Shown here: positions 1 to 10,200 of the stretch, piece by piece
How positions within the stretch are numbered: the first letter of the stretch is position 1
Layout of the letters: each line of letters starts with the position of its first letter
Virus record (IMG/VR): IMGVR_UViG_3300016476_000254
Span: 1 to 35,515 of that record
DNA from: a virus
Taxonomy: Duplodnaviria > Caudoviricetes
DNA length: 35,515 nt
Strand: one strand, 5' to 3'
Notes under the pieces: model-generated
What the model saw: the letters and a program-made list of their open reading frames with translations, nothing else
Databases searched by the model: none
What the model was told of the DNA's origin: nothing
Program-made: the position numbers and the translations under genes

Positions 1-22
1 GGATCTGAGATCCCTGATGAGC
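1..22 (+). repeat. Terminal overlap, copy 1 (assembly circularisation overlap)
   Basis: GGATCTGAGATCCCTGATGAGC is identical to 35494-35515. Confidence 0.95.
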
Positions 23-1281
23 AGAAGTCTGAAGTAGATGTGGCGCTTGAAACCGTCACCAACTACATCTTTGAGATCATTCAGAACTCCAACTTTGCTC
101 AAGAAGTCCATGAGGCATTTCTTGATCTAGCAGTTGGTACGGCTTGCCTTCAGGTCATGGAAGGTGACGCAATCAATCCCGTGATCTTTACAGCAATCCC
201 ATTGAACCAGTTGTATCTGGATATTGGGCCAGACGATAAGATCGACCATATCTTCCGTGAGCGTTCGCTTCGCGCATCAAATATCAAGGTTGCCTATCCA
301 AAGGCTACTATTCCTGATGATATGCAGCGCAAGCTGGATACCGGTAAAGATGAACACATTACTCTCATTGACTGCACCTATCGGATCTATGGATCGCTCG
401 ATGAGGAGCATCAGCGTGTAGTCTTTGATCCCAAGACTAAGGACATCTACTTCAAAGAGAAGTTCAAAGGTGTTGGCTCGGGTCAGTATATTGCATTCCG
501 CTGGTCTAAAGCAGCCGGTGAAGTCTATGGCCGTGGGCCATTAATGAATGCAATGCCAGCAATCAAGACATGTAATCTGACGGTTCAGATGGTTCTTGAG
601 AATGCCCAGATGGCAATCTCTGGTTTCTACACTATGGAAGATGATGGTGTAGTTAACCCTGACACCGTGCAGATTTTGCCTGGTACTATTGTCCCGGTTG
701 CGCCTGGATCTAATGGCTTGAAGCCAGTTGCTCCTGCCGGTGACTTCAATGTCAGCCAGCTTATCTTGTCTGATATGCGGATGAATATTCGCAAGGCACT
801 CTACAACGATATGCTTGGTAATCCTGACAAGACGCCAATGAGCGCGACTGAAGTAGCGCAGCGCATGGCTGATCTATCTCGCCAGATCGGCGCAGCCTTT
901 GGCCGCTTACAGGCTGAGTTCGTAAACCCTGTTCTTCGCCGTGTAGTTTACATCCTGAAGAAGCAGGGCCGCATTAATCTCCCGACCGTCAATGGTCGTG
1001 AGGTCAAGGTTCGCTCAACAAGCCCGCTTGCCCAGGCACAGGCACAGCAGGATATTGTTGTCTTTGATCGGTTCGTTGAACTGGTGCAAGGCCGGTTCGG
1101 TCCTCAACTGGTTAACTTGCTGGTCAAGAGCGAGGACGCCGCAAAGTATCTAGCCGACAAGTTTGGCGTACCAGAACGACTGCTTCGCTCAGATAAGGAA
1201 CGCGCAGATCTGGTGGCTCAACTTACTCAGATTCAGGGAGCTATGAATGGTGGAGAAACGCCTACAGGTGGTGGGGCCTGA
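1..1281 (+). CDS. Portal (head-tail connector) protein, C-terminal part; the full gene is 35209..35493 + 1..1281, about 521 aa
   Basis: T7/BPP-1-like portal motifs RWSKAAGEVYGRGP, MSATEV, FGRLQAEF; frame is continuous with the ATG at 35209 across the junction. Confidence 0.93.
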   Translation, partial: GSEIPDEQKSEVDVALETVTNYIFEIIQNSNFAQEVHEAFLDLAVGTACLQVMEGDAINPVIFTAIPLNQLYLDIGPDDKIDHIFRERSLRASNIKVAYPKATIPDDMQRKLDTGKDEHITLIDCTYRIYGSLDEEHQRVVFDPKTKDIYFKEKFKGVGSGQYIAFRWSKAAGEVYGRGPLMNAMPAIKTCNLTVQMVLENAQMAISGFYTMEDDGVVNPDTVQILPGTIVPVAPGSNGLKPVAPAGDFNVSQLILSDMRMNIRKALYNDMLGNPDKTPMSATEVAQRMADLSRQIGAAFGRLQAEFVNPVLRRVVYILKKQGRINLPTVNGREVKVRSTSPLAQAQAQQDIVVFDRFVELVQGRFGPQLVNLLVKSEDAAKYLADKFGVPERLLRSDKERADLVAQLTQIQGAMNGGETPTGGGA

Positions 1282-1504
1282 CGGCATTCCACGTTCCCCT
1301 GATAAAGAGGAGGAACTGAACAAGATCTTCAATGGTGTATTTAGCGGGACCGCTGGGACGGAGGTCTTGCGCTATCTACGTTCGATTACTATTGAAGCTG
1401 TGTCAGGTCCGAACATTACCTCGACTGAACTCTTCCACCGCGAGGGTATGCGCTACCTCGTAGGTATTATTGAGCAGCGCATCTCAAGGGGCCGTAATGT
1501 CTGA
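1247..1504 (+). CDS. Small conserved protein downstream of portal (Bbp19-like)
   Basis: 85 aa with VFSGTAGTEVLRYLR and FHREGMRYLV; position between portal and scaffold. Confidence 0.7.
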   Translation: MVEKRLQVVGPDGIPRSPDKEEELNKIFNGVFSGTAGTEVLRYLRSITIEAVSGPNITSTELFHREGMRYLVGIIEQRISRGRNV

Positions 1505-2270
1505 TAGTCTTATCTCATCTGGCAATAGCCAGCAGGGCGATGGTGCATCGGCTACCAATAGCCAGATCACTGATTCCGTTACTCAGGCAAACCAGGGCGA
1601 GCAGCGTCCTGAGTGGTTGCCTGAGAAATTCTGGGTTGAAGGTAAGCCTAGCTACGAGAATCTGGCTAAGAGCTATACTGAGATCCAGGCCAAGTTTGGT
1701 AGCAAGGAGGAGGATCTTCGCGCCAAACTCTTGGAAGAACTCTCCAATGAAGCTATCCAGGGGCGTCCTGAAGCTCCTGAGAAGTACGAACTTCCTGAGA
1801 TTCAGGGTGCAAACTACGAGGAAATGGCAAACCATCCACTGACAAAGTGGTGGTCTGAGTTTGCGTTCGAGAATGGCTTTGACCAGGACACCTTTAAGGA
1901 AGGTATCTCGCGTTACATCGAGGCGCGTATGTCGGATGTTCCGAACTACGAAGCTGAGATGAAGGCACTCGGAGATAACGCTACGGCTCGAACTGAGGCT
2001 GTTGGCTTGTGGGTCAATAAGAACTTTAGCGAGACCGAGCGCAGCCAGATTGAAAAACTTTGCGCCACTGCTGAGGGCGTCAAGGTTATGGAGAAGGTCA
2101 TGTCCATGCTGAAGGATGGAGGTTCAAGCTCTGCTTTTGAACCGCCGCCTGAAGTGACGGATAAGGACATCCAGAAGATGATGATGGATCGTCGCTACTG
2201 GTCTACCAGTGACCGAGATCCGGCCTATGTTGCCAAGGTCGAGGGGTACTTCAAGAAGAAGTACGGCTAA
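1497..2270 (+). CDS. Capsid scaffolding/assembly protein
   Basis: Acidic, low-complexity N-terminus, RPEWLPEKFW motif, C-terminal YW..RDPAYVAKV; lies upstream of the capsid gene; start at ATG 1497 after GGGG. Confidence 0.8.
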   Translation: MSDSLISSGNSQQGDGASATNSQITDSVTQANQGEQRPEWLPEKFWVEGKPSYENLAKSYTEIQAKFGSKEEDLRAKLLEELSNEAIQGRPEAPEKYELPEIQGANYEEMANHPLTKWWSEFAFENGFDQDTFKEGISRYIEARMSDVPNYEAEMKALGDNATARTEAVGLWVNKNFSETERSQIEKLCATAEGVKVMEKVMSMLKDGGSSSAFEPPPEVTDKDIQKMMMDRRYWSTSDRDPAYVAKVEGYFKKKYG

Positions 2271-2728
2271 TGCTAGTCCGGCCTTTCGAGGCTCGCGATC
2301 TTGATGCTTGCATTGAGATCGGGGCCATGATGCACGAAGAGAGCGTGTATCGTATCCACCCATTCAGCCGGGAACGCCTAACGTTCCTGGCCCATCTTTG
2401 CCTGACAGATCCTAATTACATCTGCCTGGTTGCCGAGAAGGATGACCGGCTTGTGGGGCTTATGGTTGGACTGGCTGCACATAACTTTTTTGCCGACACC
2501 CGGTATGCGGCTGACCTAGCCTTATATGTTGTGCCCAAGCATCGAGGCTCGACGGCTGCTGTCCGGCTAGTCATTGAGTTCCAGAAATGGGCTAGGGATG
2601 CCAACTGCAACGAGATCCGTTGCGGGATTACCACAGGTATCAATGACGAGGTTGGGGCTAAGATCTATAGGCGATTTGGCTTTGAGTTTGGTGGCAGTCT
2701 GTATGTCAAGCAGATTAGTCCATTGTGA
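2270..2728 (+). CDS. GNAT-family acetyltransferase-like protein
   Basis: LYVVPKHRGS (motif A-like) and KIYRRFGF. Confidence 0.8.
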   Translation: MLVRPFEARDLDACIEIGAMMHEESVYRIHPFSRERLTFLAHLCLTDPNYICLVAEKDDRLVGLMVGLAAHNFFADTRYAADLALYVVPKHRGSTAAVRLVIEFQKWARDANCNEIRCGITTGINDEVGAKIYRRFGFEFGGSLYVKQISPL

Positions 2729-2729
2729 A

Positions 2730-2830
2730 TATGCGGACCTCAAGAAAAACCTATACCCAGGCCCGCATAACTGGAAGAGCCCCGCAAGGGACAACTCATC
2801 CCCCGGTGACTGTCGGATAACCTATTCACC
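2730..2830 (+). promoter_or_regulatory. Structured leader upstream of the major capsid gene
   Basis: Stems 2730-2740/2759-2769, GAG-C-CCC-GCAA-GGG-ACAA-CTC (2777-2797) and GGTGA/TCACC (2805-2830). Confidence 0.5.
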
Positions 2831-2863
2831 ACAGGTTTAACCAAACGTTGAAAGGGCTAGATC

Positions 2864-3685
2864 ATGGCTGTGACCATTGACCAGGCTTTTATCAAGCAGT
2901 TTGAGTCCGAAGTTCACATGGCCTATCAGCGCCAGGGCTCCAAGCTGCTCAATACGGTTCGCTTCAAGGGTTCGGTTCAGGGCAAGTCCACCACCTTCCA
3001 GAAGGTTGGTAAGGGCACTGCTTCGACCAAGAGCCGCCACGGCAACCTTCCCGTCATGAACGTTGATCACACCAACGTTGAATGCACGCTCGCTGACTAC
3101 TACGCTTCGGACTATGTTGATAAGCTCGATGAGCTCAAGATCAACATCGACGAGCGTCAGATTGTTGCATCGAGCGCGGCATACAGCCTTGGCCGTAAGT
3201 CCGACGATCTCATCCTGACCGCTGCTGACTCAACCTCGAACACCATTACCGAGGCTGGCACGGACGGTCTGACCCAGGCAAAGATCAACACTGTGTTCGA
3301 ATACTTTGGCACGAACGATGTGCCGGATGACGGCGAGCGTTACTTTGTCATCAGCCCTGCTGGCTGGGTGGATCTGCTCGGCATCTCGGCGTTCTCGGAC
3401 GCTGACTTTGTTGGTCCCGATGACCTCCCCTACAAGGGCGGCATGGTGGCTAAGCGTTGGCTCGGCTTCATGTGGATGACGCATTCCGGCCTGTCGATTG
3501 CCTCGACAATCCGTAAGTGCTTTGCCTATCACCGCTCTGCCATCGGCATGGCCTCTGGCCAGGACGTTTCGACGGAAGTCAACTACGTTCCCGAGAAGGC
3601 AGCGCATCTCATCACGGCTATGATGTCCCAGGGCTCTGTCCTGATCGACACCACGGGCGTGTACGAAGTCCAGATCAAGGAGTAA
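2864..3685 (+). CDS. Major capsid protein
   Basis: 273 aa; IDQAFIKQFESEVHMAYQRQGSKL N-terminus and G....WLGFMW motif; optimal-looking codon usage; follows the scaffold gene. Confidence 0.88.
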   Translation: MAVTIDQAFIKQFESEVHMAYQRQGSKLLNTVRFKGSVQGKSTTFQKVGKGTASTKSRHGNLPVMNVDHTNVECTLADYYASDYVDKLDELKINIDERQIVASSAAYSLGRKSDDLILTAADSTSNTITEAGTDGLTQAKINTVFEYFGTNDVPDDGERYFVISPAGWVDLLGISAFSDADFVGPDDLPYKGGMVAKRWLGFMWMTHSGLSIASTIRKCFAYHRSAIGMASGQDVSTEVNYVPEKAAHLITAMMSQGSVLIDTTGVYEVQIKE

Positions 3686-3691
3686 TCTGAG

Positions 3692-3937
3692 ATGGCTCTT
3701 ACCGCTGCTACTCTGTCCAAGGTCGCTGGTGGCGCTCGTCAGGTCTGGATTTACGAATCCGCTGATGCAGTCGGCACGGTGGCTGGTTCCGGCTACTTCA
3801 ATGCCGTGACCGACAATCTCCGTCAGTATGACATCATCCTCTGCGTGGGTGGTGTTGGCACGACGGTGACCGTTGACGTCCTGGTTGTCACGTCCGCTAC
3901 GGGCGCTGCAACCGTGACCACGACGAATGGTACCTAA
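3692..3937 (+). CDS. Small capsid-associated (decoration/cement-like) protein
   Basis: 81 aa, T/V/A/G-rich, AAGGAG RBS, immediately after the capsid gene and before a terminator. Confidence 0.6.
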   Translation: MALTAATLSKVAGGARQVWIYESADAVGTVAGSGYFNAVTDNLRQYDIILCVGGVGTTVTVDVLVVTSATGAATVTTTNGT

Positions 3938-3968
3938 TCGGTCTCCTCGGCTCCTTTGAGGCGATCTT

Positions 3969-3998
3969 GCGGGTGGGGCTACGGTTCCACCCGCTTTA
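3969..3998 (+). terminator. Intrinsic terminator-like hairpin after the capsid genes
   Basis: GCGGGTGGGGC-TACG-GTTCCACCCGC forms an 11-bp stem with a cUACGg tetraloop, followed by a short T run (TTTA). Confidence 0.7.
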
Positions 3999-4013
3999 CT
4001 ATAAGAGGGTTCC

Positions 4014-4601
4014 GTGGCTACAACCGACATCGACATCTGCGCTCGTGCGCTAATCCTGATCGGCGCTAGCCCGATTACCTCTTTTGATGATGGCACGACC
4101 GAGGCTACGGTTGCCGCCAATCTCTATGAAGATACGGTTCGAGACTGCCTGTCTCGCCATCGCTGGCGCTTTTCCTCTGGTCAGGTCCAGCTTTCTCGTC
4201 TTACCGCAGCGCCAGACGCTCGATGGGATGCCGCCTATCAGCTTCCTTCTGATCTGCTGCTTCTGCATAATGTCACCGTGACCGATGATCCGATTGCCTA
4301 TGACCGGTATCAGGATATGGTTTACTGCAATGCAACAGTCGAAGATGTGGTCTATGCAGACTATAGCTTTCGAGCGACTGAAGATCTCTGGCCGCCCTAC
4401 TTTGTGACGGCTGTGCAGTATCAACTGGCTTCTATCTTTGCCTATTCCGTGGCAGCACAAGAAGCCTTGTCTGATCTCTTTGAAAAACGCGCTCTGCGTC
4501 AGATGACTATCGGCAGAACGCTCGATAGCCAGAGCCAGACCACTCGCCGTCTTAACGTGCAGCGGTTCAACCAGGTACGGACTACGACGAGAGGATACTA
4601 A
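4014..4601 (+). CDS. Tail tubular protein A (adaptor)
   Basis: DICARALILIGASPITSFDD, L..HRWRF and YQLPSD motifs; GTG start. Confidence 0.88.
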   Translation: MATTDIDICARALILIGASPITSFDDGTTEATVAANLYEDTVRDCLSRHRWRFSSGQVQLSRLTAAPDARWDAAYQLPSDLLLLHNVTVTDDPIAYDRYQDMVYCNATVEDVVYADYSFRATEDLWPPYFVTAVQYQLASIFAYSVAAQEALSDLFEKRALRQMTIGRTLDSQSQTTRRLNVQRFNQVRTTTRGY

Positions 4602-4604
4602 CCG

Positions 4605-6782
4605 ATGGGTATGAAGCTAGTCCAAACTAACTTCTCATCGGGAGAGATTGGTCCTCTGATGGATATGCGCCATGACACAGGCGCTTATCAGAATGGTGCT
4701 CGTCGGCTTCGTAATGTTTCCGTATTAAACCAGGGTGGCATTACTCGTCGCCCAGGCACAGAATATCTTGCTACTTTGAATGGTAGATCTCGTATGATCC
4801 CATTCGAGTTCTCGAACACTGAACAGTATATCTTCGCCTTTGGTGACCAGAGGCTTGATATCTATTCAACTGCTGGCTCTCTTATCCAAAGCCTTACTAG
4901 CTGCCCTTGGACTACGAGCATCCTATTCTCTATGACATACTCGCAGGCTGCGGATGTCATGATTGTTTGCTCACCACAAATGGCAACGCAGATTATTCGA
5001 CGCACATCTGCGAATACATTTACCAGGACTGCTTTTGCTTTTGACTCTTCAGTCAATGGCAATGAAGTATACCAGCCATATTATAAGTTTGCTGATGACA
5101 CTGTAACGCTTAGTTGCTCAGGAACAACGGGTAGTGTCACGGTTACTTCTAGCGCGGCGCATTTTACTGCTGGTTATGTTGGTTCTCGTATTCGCTGGTT
5201 TGGAATTGAACTAGAGATTACGGGATATACAAACTCAACAACAGTAACCGCTACTGTTAAAGGTACGCTTCGTGGGACTTATGATATTGATCCCATGAAA
5301 ACTACTGATGGTAATAGTGTAATTGAAGTTACTCATGTTAATCATGGGCTTTCGACTGGCACTTCTATTACTATAGAAGGTGCTAATGCTTTTGCAGGAT
5401 TAACTAAGGCGCATATCAACGGAACTTTTACAATCACAGTTCTGAACGATAACGTCTATCAGTTTACTGCTGGTGGCACAGCAAACTCTTCTGCTGATGG
5501 CGGTGGACCAAATGTTCACTTCTATGGAAATAATATCCCGACTAGAAACTGGGATGAACCAGCGTTTTCAGCTGTCCGAGGTTATCCTGGTTGCGTGACC
5601 TTTCATGAAAGCCGCTTGTGGTTTGGTGGATCTTATTCCCAGCCAGATAGCCTATGGGCTTCTAAGATTGGTCAGTTCTTTAACTTCAGCGTTGGTGAAG
5701 GATTGGATAACGAGTCGATCCAAGTTTCTGTTGGTTCGGATGACATCTCATCCGTTCTGCATCTTGTATCAAATCGTCATCTTCAGATCTTCACAGCAAC
5801 ATCTGAGTTCTATGTTCCTCGCGTATCTCAATCTACAATTACGCCAGGCAACATCACCATTGCTCGTCAGACGCCTTATGGTTGCTCTAATGTGCCACCA
5901 ATGCCATTTGATGGAGCGACTGTTTATCTTCAAGGAACGCGAGCAGCTATCCGTGAGTTTCTGTACACAGATACAGAACAGGCATATAGCGCACCAATGC
6001 TTACCCTACTGGCAGATCACTTGATTGATACGCCTAATGATATGGGTATTCTCTTTGGTACTGAGGACAGGCCAGAGCAATATTTGCTTGTAGTCAATAA
6101 TGATGGAACGCTTGCATGCTTCCATTCTGCTCGATCCGAAAAACTTGCTGCCTGGTCGCTTTGGGAAACAGAGCATCCATCTAATACAGCAAAGTTCGAC
6201 TCACTAGTCTCTATTGGAAATAGGATGTACTTCTCTGTACTGAGGGGTTCATCTTATTATCTAGAGCGTCTAGCCAAGAATGATCTTGATCTTACACTTG
6301 ATTGTGCCAAGAGTTATACATCTGGCTCTGCCACAAAGACTTGGACAATCAATGCCATCTACGCCAATAAGACTGTATCTGTCGTGTCGAACAACTATTA
6401 CTTGGGCGATTTTGCTTGTAATGGTTCGAACCAGATTGTTCTTAATGATGAAGTTACCAGCATCACCGTTGGCTTTAACTACGATGTCACCATCGAGAGT
6501 TTACCTGCTAACATCAATCTACCGTCTGGCAATTACTCTGGCCGTCCTAAGCGCATTGCTCGCGTTATTCTTGCGCTAAACTCAACGCTGGCAGTCAATG
6601 TTCAGGGTAACCGTCTCATCATCCGACAAGTCACGGATGACTTCTCACTTCAACCTATAGCAGTAACCGGCAAGCGAGAGTTCTTCTTGCTTGGGTTTAA
6701 CCGTGATGCCACGGTTATCATAACCCAATCAGAACCTCTTCCATTGCGACTGCTTGGTATGGCTATGGAGGTATCCATCTAA
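4605..6782 (+). CDS. Tail tubular protein B (nozzle)
   Basis: QTNFSSGEI, GGITRRPGT and YPGCVTFHESRLWFGG motifs; 725 aa. Confidence 0.9.
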   Translation: MGMKLVQTNFSSGEIGPLMDMRHDTGAYQNGARRLRNVSVLNQGGITRRPGTEYLATLNGRSRMIPFEFSNTEQYIFAFGDQRLDIYSTAGSLIQSLTSCPWTTSILFSMTYSQAADVMIVCSPQMATQIIRRTSANTFTRTAFAFDSSVNGNEVYQPYYKFADDTVTLSCSGTTGSVTVTSSAAHFTAGYVGSRIRWFGIELEITGYTNSTTVTATVKGTLRGTYDIDPMKTTDGNSVIEVTHVNHGLSTGTSITIEGANAFAGLTKAHINGTFTITVLNDNVYQFTAGGTANSSADGGGPNVHFYGNNIPTRNWDEPAFSAVRGYPGCVTFHESRLWFGGSYSQPDSLWASKIGQFFNFSVGEGLDNESIQVSVGSDDISSVLHLVSNRHLQIFTATSEFYVPRVSQSTITPGNITIARQTPYGCSNVPPMPFDGATVYLQGTRAAIREFLYTDTEQAYSAPMLTLLADHLIDTPNDMGILFGTEDRPEQYLLVVNNDGTLACFHSARSEKLAAWSLWETEHPSNTAKFDSLVSIGNRMYFSVLRGSSYYLERLAKNDLDLTLDCAKSYTSGSATKTWTINAIYANKTVSVVSNNYYLGDFACNGSNQIVLNDEVTSITVGFNYDVTIESLPANINLPSGNYSGRPKRIARVILALNSTLAVNVQGNRLIIRQVTDDFSLQPIAVTGKREFFLLGFNRDATVIITQSEPLPLRLLGMAMEVSI

Positions 6783-7288
6783 TGTGCGTCACAGCTATTG
6801 TCGCCTCTACTCTAGTCTCGGCTGTTGGTGGTTTTGTCCAGGCTGGTCAGGCCGCTGCTGCTGCCGAATCTCAAGCCGCATGGCGCAACTATCAAATTGA
6901 AGTGCAGAACCGTCAGCTTGCAGAAGATGCTGAGTTGACTAGGATTCAGGCACTTGAAGTTGAAAACCAACGTCGAGAAAAAAACCGTCGAGTCATGGCT
7001 GCTAACGAGGCATTCTTGGCTGGCTCTGGCGTAGGTGAAAGTCGCTCCTTCTTGCAAGGAGTTCTGCCGTCTGAAGAGATGAATCTTCGCAAAGACGTAG
7101 CTGCATTGCGACTTCAGTCTGCTACTCAGATTAGTCGTATTGCAGATCAGATTGCAGTCAATAAGGCCGAGGGTCAGTTTGCTCGTGCAAGCGCAAGCAT
7201 GACAGCCTCTAATGCCTTTACCAATGCTGCCTTTAATGCTGCCGGTGCAGTAACTAAGGGTATCTACACTTACAACAGGTATGCTTGA
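6782..7288 (+). CDS. Small internal virion (ejection) protein, T7 gp14-like position
   Basis: 168 aa, MC start, hydrophobic Ala/Gly N-terminus, A.SGV motif, coiled coil. Confidence 0.7.
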   Translation: MCVTAIVASTLVSAVGGFVQAGQAAAAAESQAAWRNYQIEVQNRQLAEDAELTRIQALEVENQRREKNRRVMAANEAFLAGSGVGESRSFLQGVLPSEEMNLRKDVAALRLQSATQISRIADQIAVNKAEGQFARASASMTASNAFTNAAFNAAGAVTKGIYTYNRYA

Positions 7289-7289
7289 T

Positions 7290-10200
7290 ATGGCTATCCA
7301 ACGCGACGAACGTCAGGTTCTTACTCAGCCAAGTGGCCGCCTCATTCGTGAGTTTCGGACACAGTTGCCAATGCCAGATGGATCTGGTGTGCAGGCTTTT
7401 GCAAAAGGACTTGGTGATGTTGGCGAGCAAGAGATGCGTCGCACTGCGACTGAAGAAACAAAGTTGTATGCTGAGTCCTTGGACTTTGGCAAAGACGAGA
7501 ATGGTAACTTTGTAAAGCCACAGGCTCCAGAGAGTTTTGGTTCGTTTCGTCGTGAACTCTTCAATGAGTTAGTTGATCGACGTTATACAACTGAAGTGTT
7601 ACTGGACCATGACAATTCAGTAGCCAAGATTTATGCCGAAAACAAAGCTGCTGGTAATGATCCTGGTGTAGCTTTAGCAAAGGCTGAAGCTGATATGAAG
7701 GGTCGCCTTGAAGGCGTAGATCCTCGTGTTCGTGGTTCTGTTGAATTAGGAATGCGTAAAAACATTACGCAGTATAATACACAGGCGGTTGCCCAGTCTG
7801 CTGCTAATGCTGAACGCAGTCTTATTACAGATACGGTTGGACAGATTGAGGCTCTGTCAACTCGTATGATTAGGGCTGGAGCAGTTGGTAATACTGCTGA
7901 TGAGACGCTGCTGCGCTCTGAGATCGAGACAAAGCGCCAGTTGCTTGTTCGTGCTGGTCGATTGACGGACACACCTGAAAGCAAAGAAATCTTTTGGAAC
8001 TCAATCCAGGCTAACATTAATGTGCGTCGCGCTTTACAGACTGCTATTAATGATCCAAAGTTTGATCCTCAAACTTTCCCATCTGAGATCAATAGGCTCC
8101 AGCGTATTGTCAATGGCGAAGCTGCTGACAATGAAACGGCCTTTGGCTTTAAGAAGTCTGACTTTGATAAAGTAACAGATAGTTCTTTGAAAAGCCTGAC
8201 TACTGAATTGAATGCAACAGAGACACGCTTTAGACAGCAATATGCTGTGTCTGCGCGTATGCAAAAGGTACAGAGTTATCTTGGCTCTGTAGATGCTGGT
8301 ATTCGTCGCCAGACCTTTGGTATGTCTGATGATGATCTAGTTGTTGCCTTCAACCAAGACATTACAAATCTTAATACAGAAAGAGGTAAGCAAGGTTTAC
8401 AACCTATTAGTGCTTTGTCTGCTGAAGGTATGCGTTATCTTGTAGATAGGCATGGCTTTCTTCCAGGTAAAATGTATGAAAGCACATTCAATAATGTTGC
8501 AACTCTTAGTGCTGAAAAAGTAGAGTTTGCAGCTAAACTTTATCAAGCTGCTCGTTCTTTGCCTGACGATACTGGTGCTAATACTATTGATGTTACAGGT
8601 CAGATTGTTTCTAAAAATGATAGTTTATTTTTGGAAAATTACCTTTCTTCACGAGGCGCAGCAAAAGATCCAGCTAATGCCTTAGATTTGACTAAGCGAG
8701 TATTTCAAGAGCGTGAGCAACGTGCACAAAGTGCGGACATTGAAATGTATGCAATGTCTGAATACAAGCGGTTTACTCAAAAATCAGATCCGTCTCGATC
8801 TGACTTTGAGAAAGATGTATCAAATCGCTCTGACATTAAATGGACAGAACTTCCAATGGGTGCGCGACTTGCATTCATGAAGTCTGTGCAAGAGAACATT
8901 GTTCTGACTGGGAACTATGAGCGTGGTATCCAACTCGCTGCTCAGTCCTTCAAGAAGAATTGGGTTGTAGATCCTACTAATCCAATTAACCGAGACACAA
9001 AGTTTGAGAAGAATGCTTATATCCCTAGAGGTGAAGCATTCCCAATGCCTATGAATGGGCAGAATGAATCTGTTCCTAACTGGGCTAATGGGTATGTCGG
9101 TGCTATCTTGAGTAAGTATGGCACTCCTGGTGTAGATAAAACTGGTAAGCCAGTAGAGGGTAGCATTTCTATTACTGGTATTCCTGATCCTGTGCCGGTC
9201 AACTCTCTTGCTGTTGGTAAGAACCTATTCTTCCAAAGCACAAAACGTGGAATGTACGATGCCTCAAGGCCATGGTTCCAGCAGGATAATGTAAACCCTA
9301 GCTTCCAAATGGTTTACTTTAATCCTGAAACTGGCGCTGGTCCTGCGGTTATCCATGTGCGCAATAGTACGTTACCGCTTGAAATCTTCCCTCATGCTGA
9401 AGCCAAGGCGCAGCATGAGAAGTTTTCTGAAGCCGCTCGCGCTAATAACACTCGTCTTAACCAGATTGACTCTAATGCGCGTATTCTACGCCGTGAGTTC
9501 CCTGGTATTGGCTTCATGTCTGGTGCAAGTGCAGATATGCAGACACCACCTGTTGTGGGTATGCAGCAAGTTCAGAAGCCTATGAAGCCTGTGCTGTACG
9601 ATCAGATGGGTAGGCCAACTACTGAGTTCCAAATTGATGACGTTGGCAACCGTATCTACAATGGCGTTGAGTTGTTCAGGCAACCAGATCCAGATGCAAT
9701 GGTGTCCCCTGCCGTCAAGGATTTTATTAATCGTCAGGCTCCTCAACGTCAGTCTAGTCTTGGTATTACTGGTGTCATTGCGTTGGGAACCAATGACGGT
9801 AATCCAGATGCGGCCTATAAGGGCGCTATCCAGGCGATTGAAACCGCCAAAGCCCAGGGCATTAACCCTGTTATCGTTCTTCCTAATGCGGCAGAAGGTA
9901 ATAGGTTTAAGCCAATCTCTGATGCTGTGCGTCGAGCTGCTGAAGAAAAGGGTGTGCAGTTTGAGGTCTTGGCTTATGCAGCCAATGATCCACTCCATCT
10001 CGATCCTATCTCGGCTAAGACATTGGCTGACAAGTATCAGGGTGCGGTATTCTTTGGAGATAGCAACGCTGTCCGCATTGCCAATGCGGCTGGCATGAAG
10101 GCACAGAACCGAGCCATTGTTGATGCCGGTGGTATGACAGTTGCTCGCGAGGGCGCAGCTTCTGCCGAAATCTCTAAGTTGATCTCAGGCTATCGTCCTG

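Noticed and set aside
3683-3694. Stop-codon readthrough fusing capsid to the in-frame downstream gene
   Set aside because: Being in frame has a 1-in-3 chance, TAA is rarely read through, and the downstream gene has its own AAGGAG RBS
3230-4120. 296-aa minus-strand ORF and the other antisense ORFs in the track
   Set aside because: Shadow frames opposite well-supported genes
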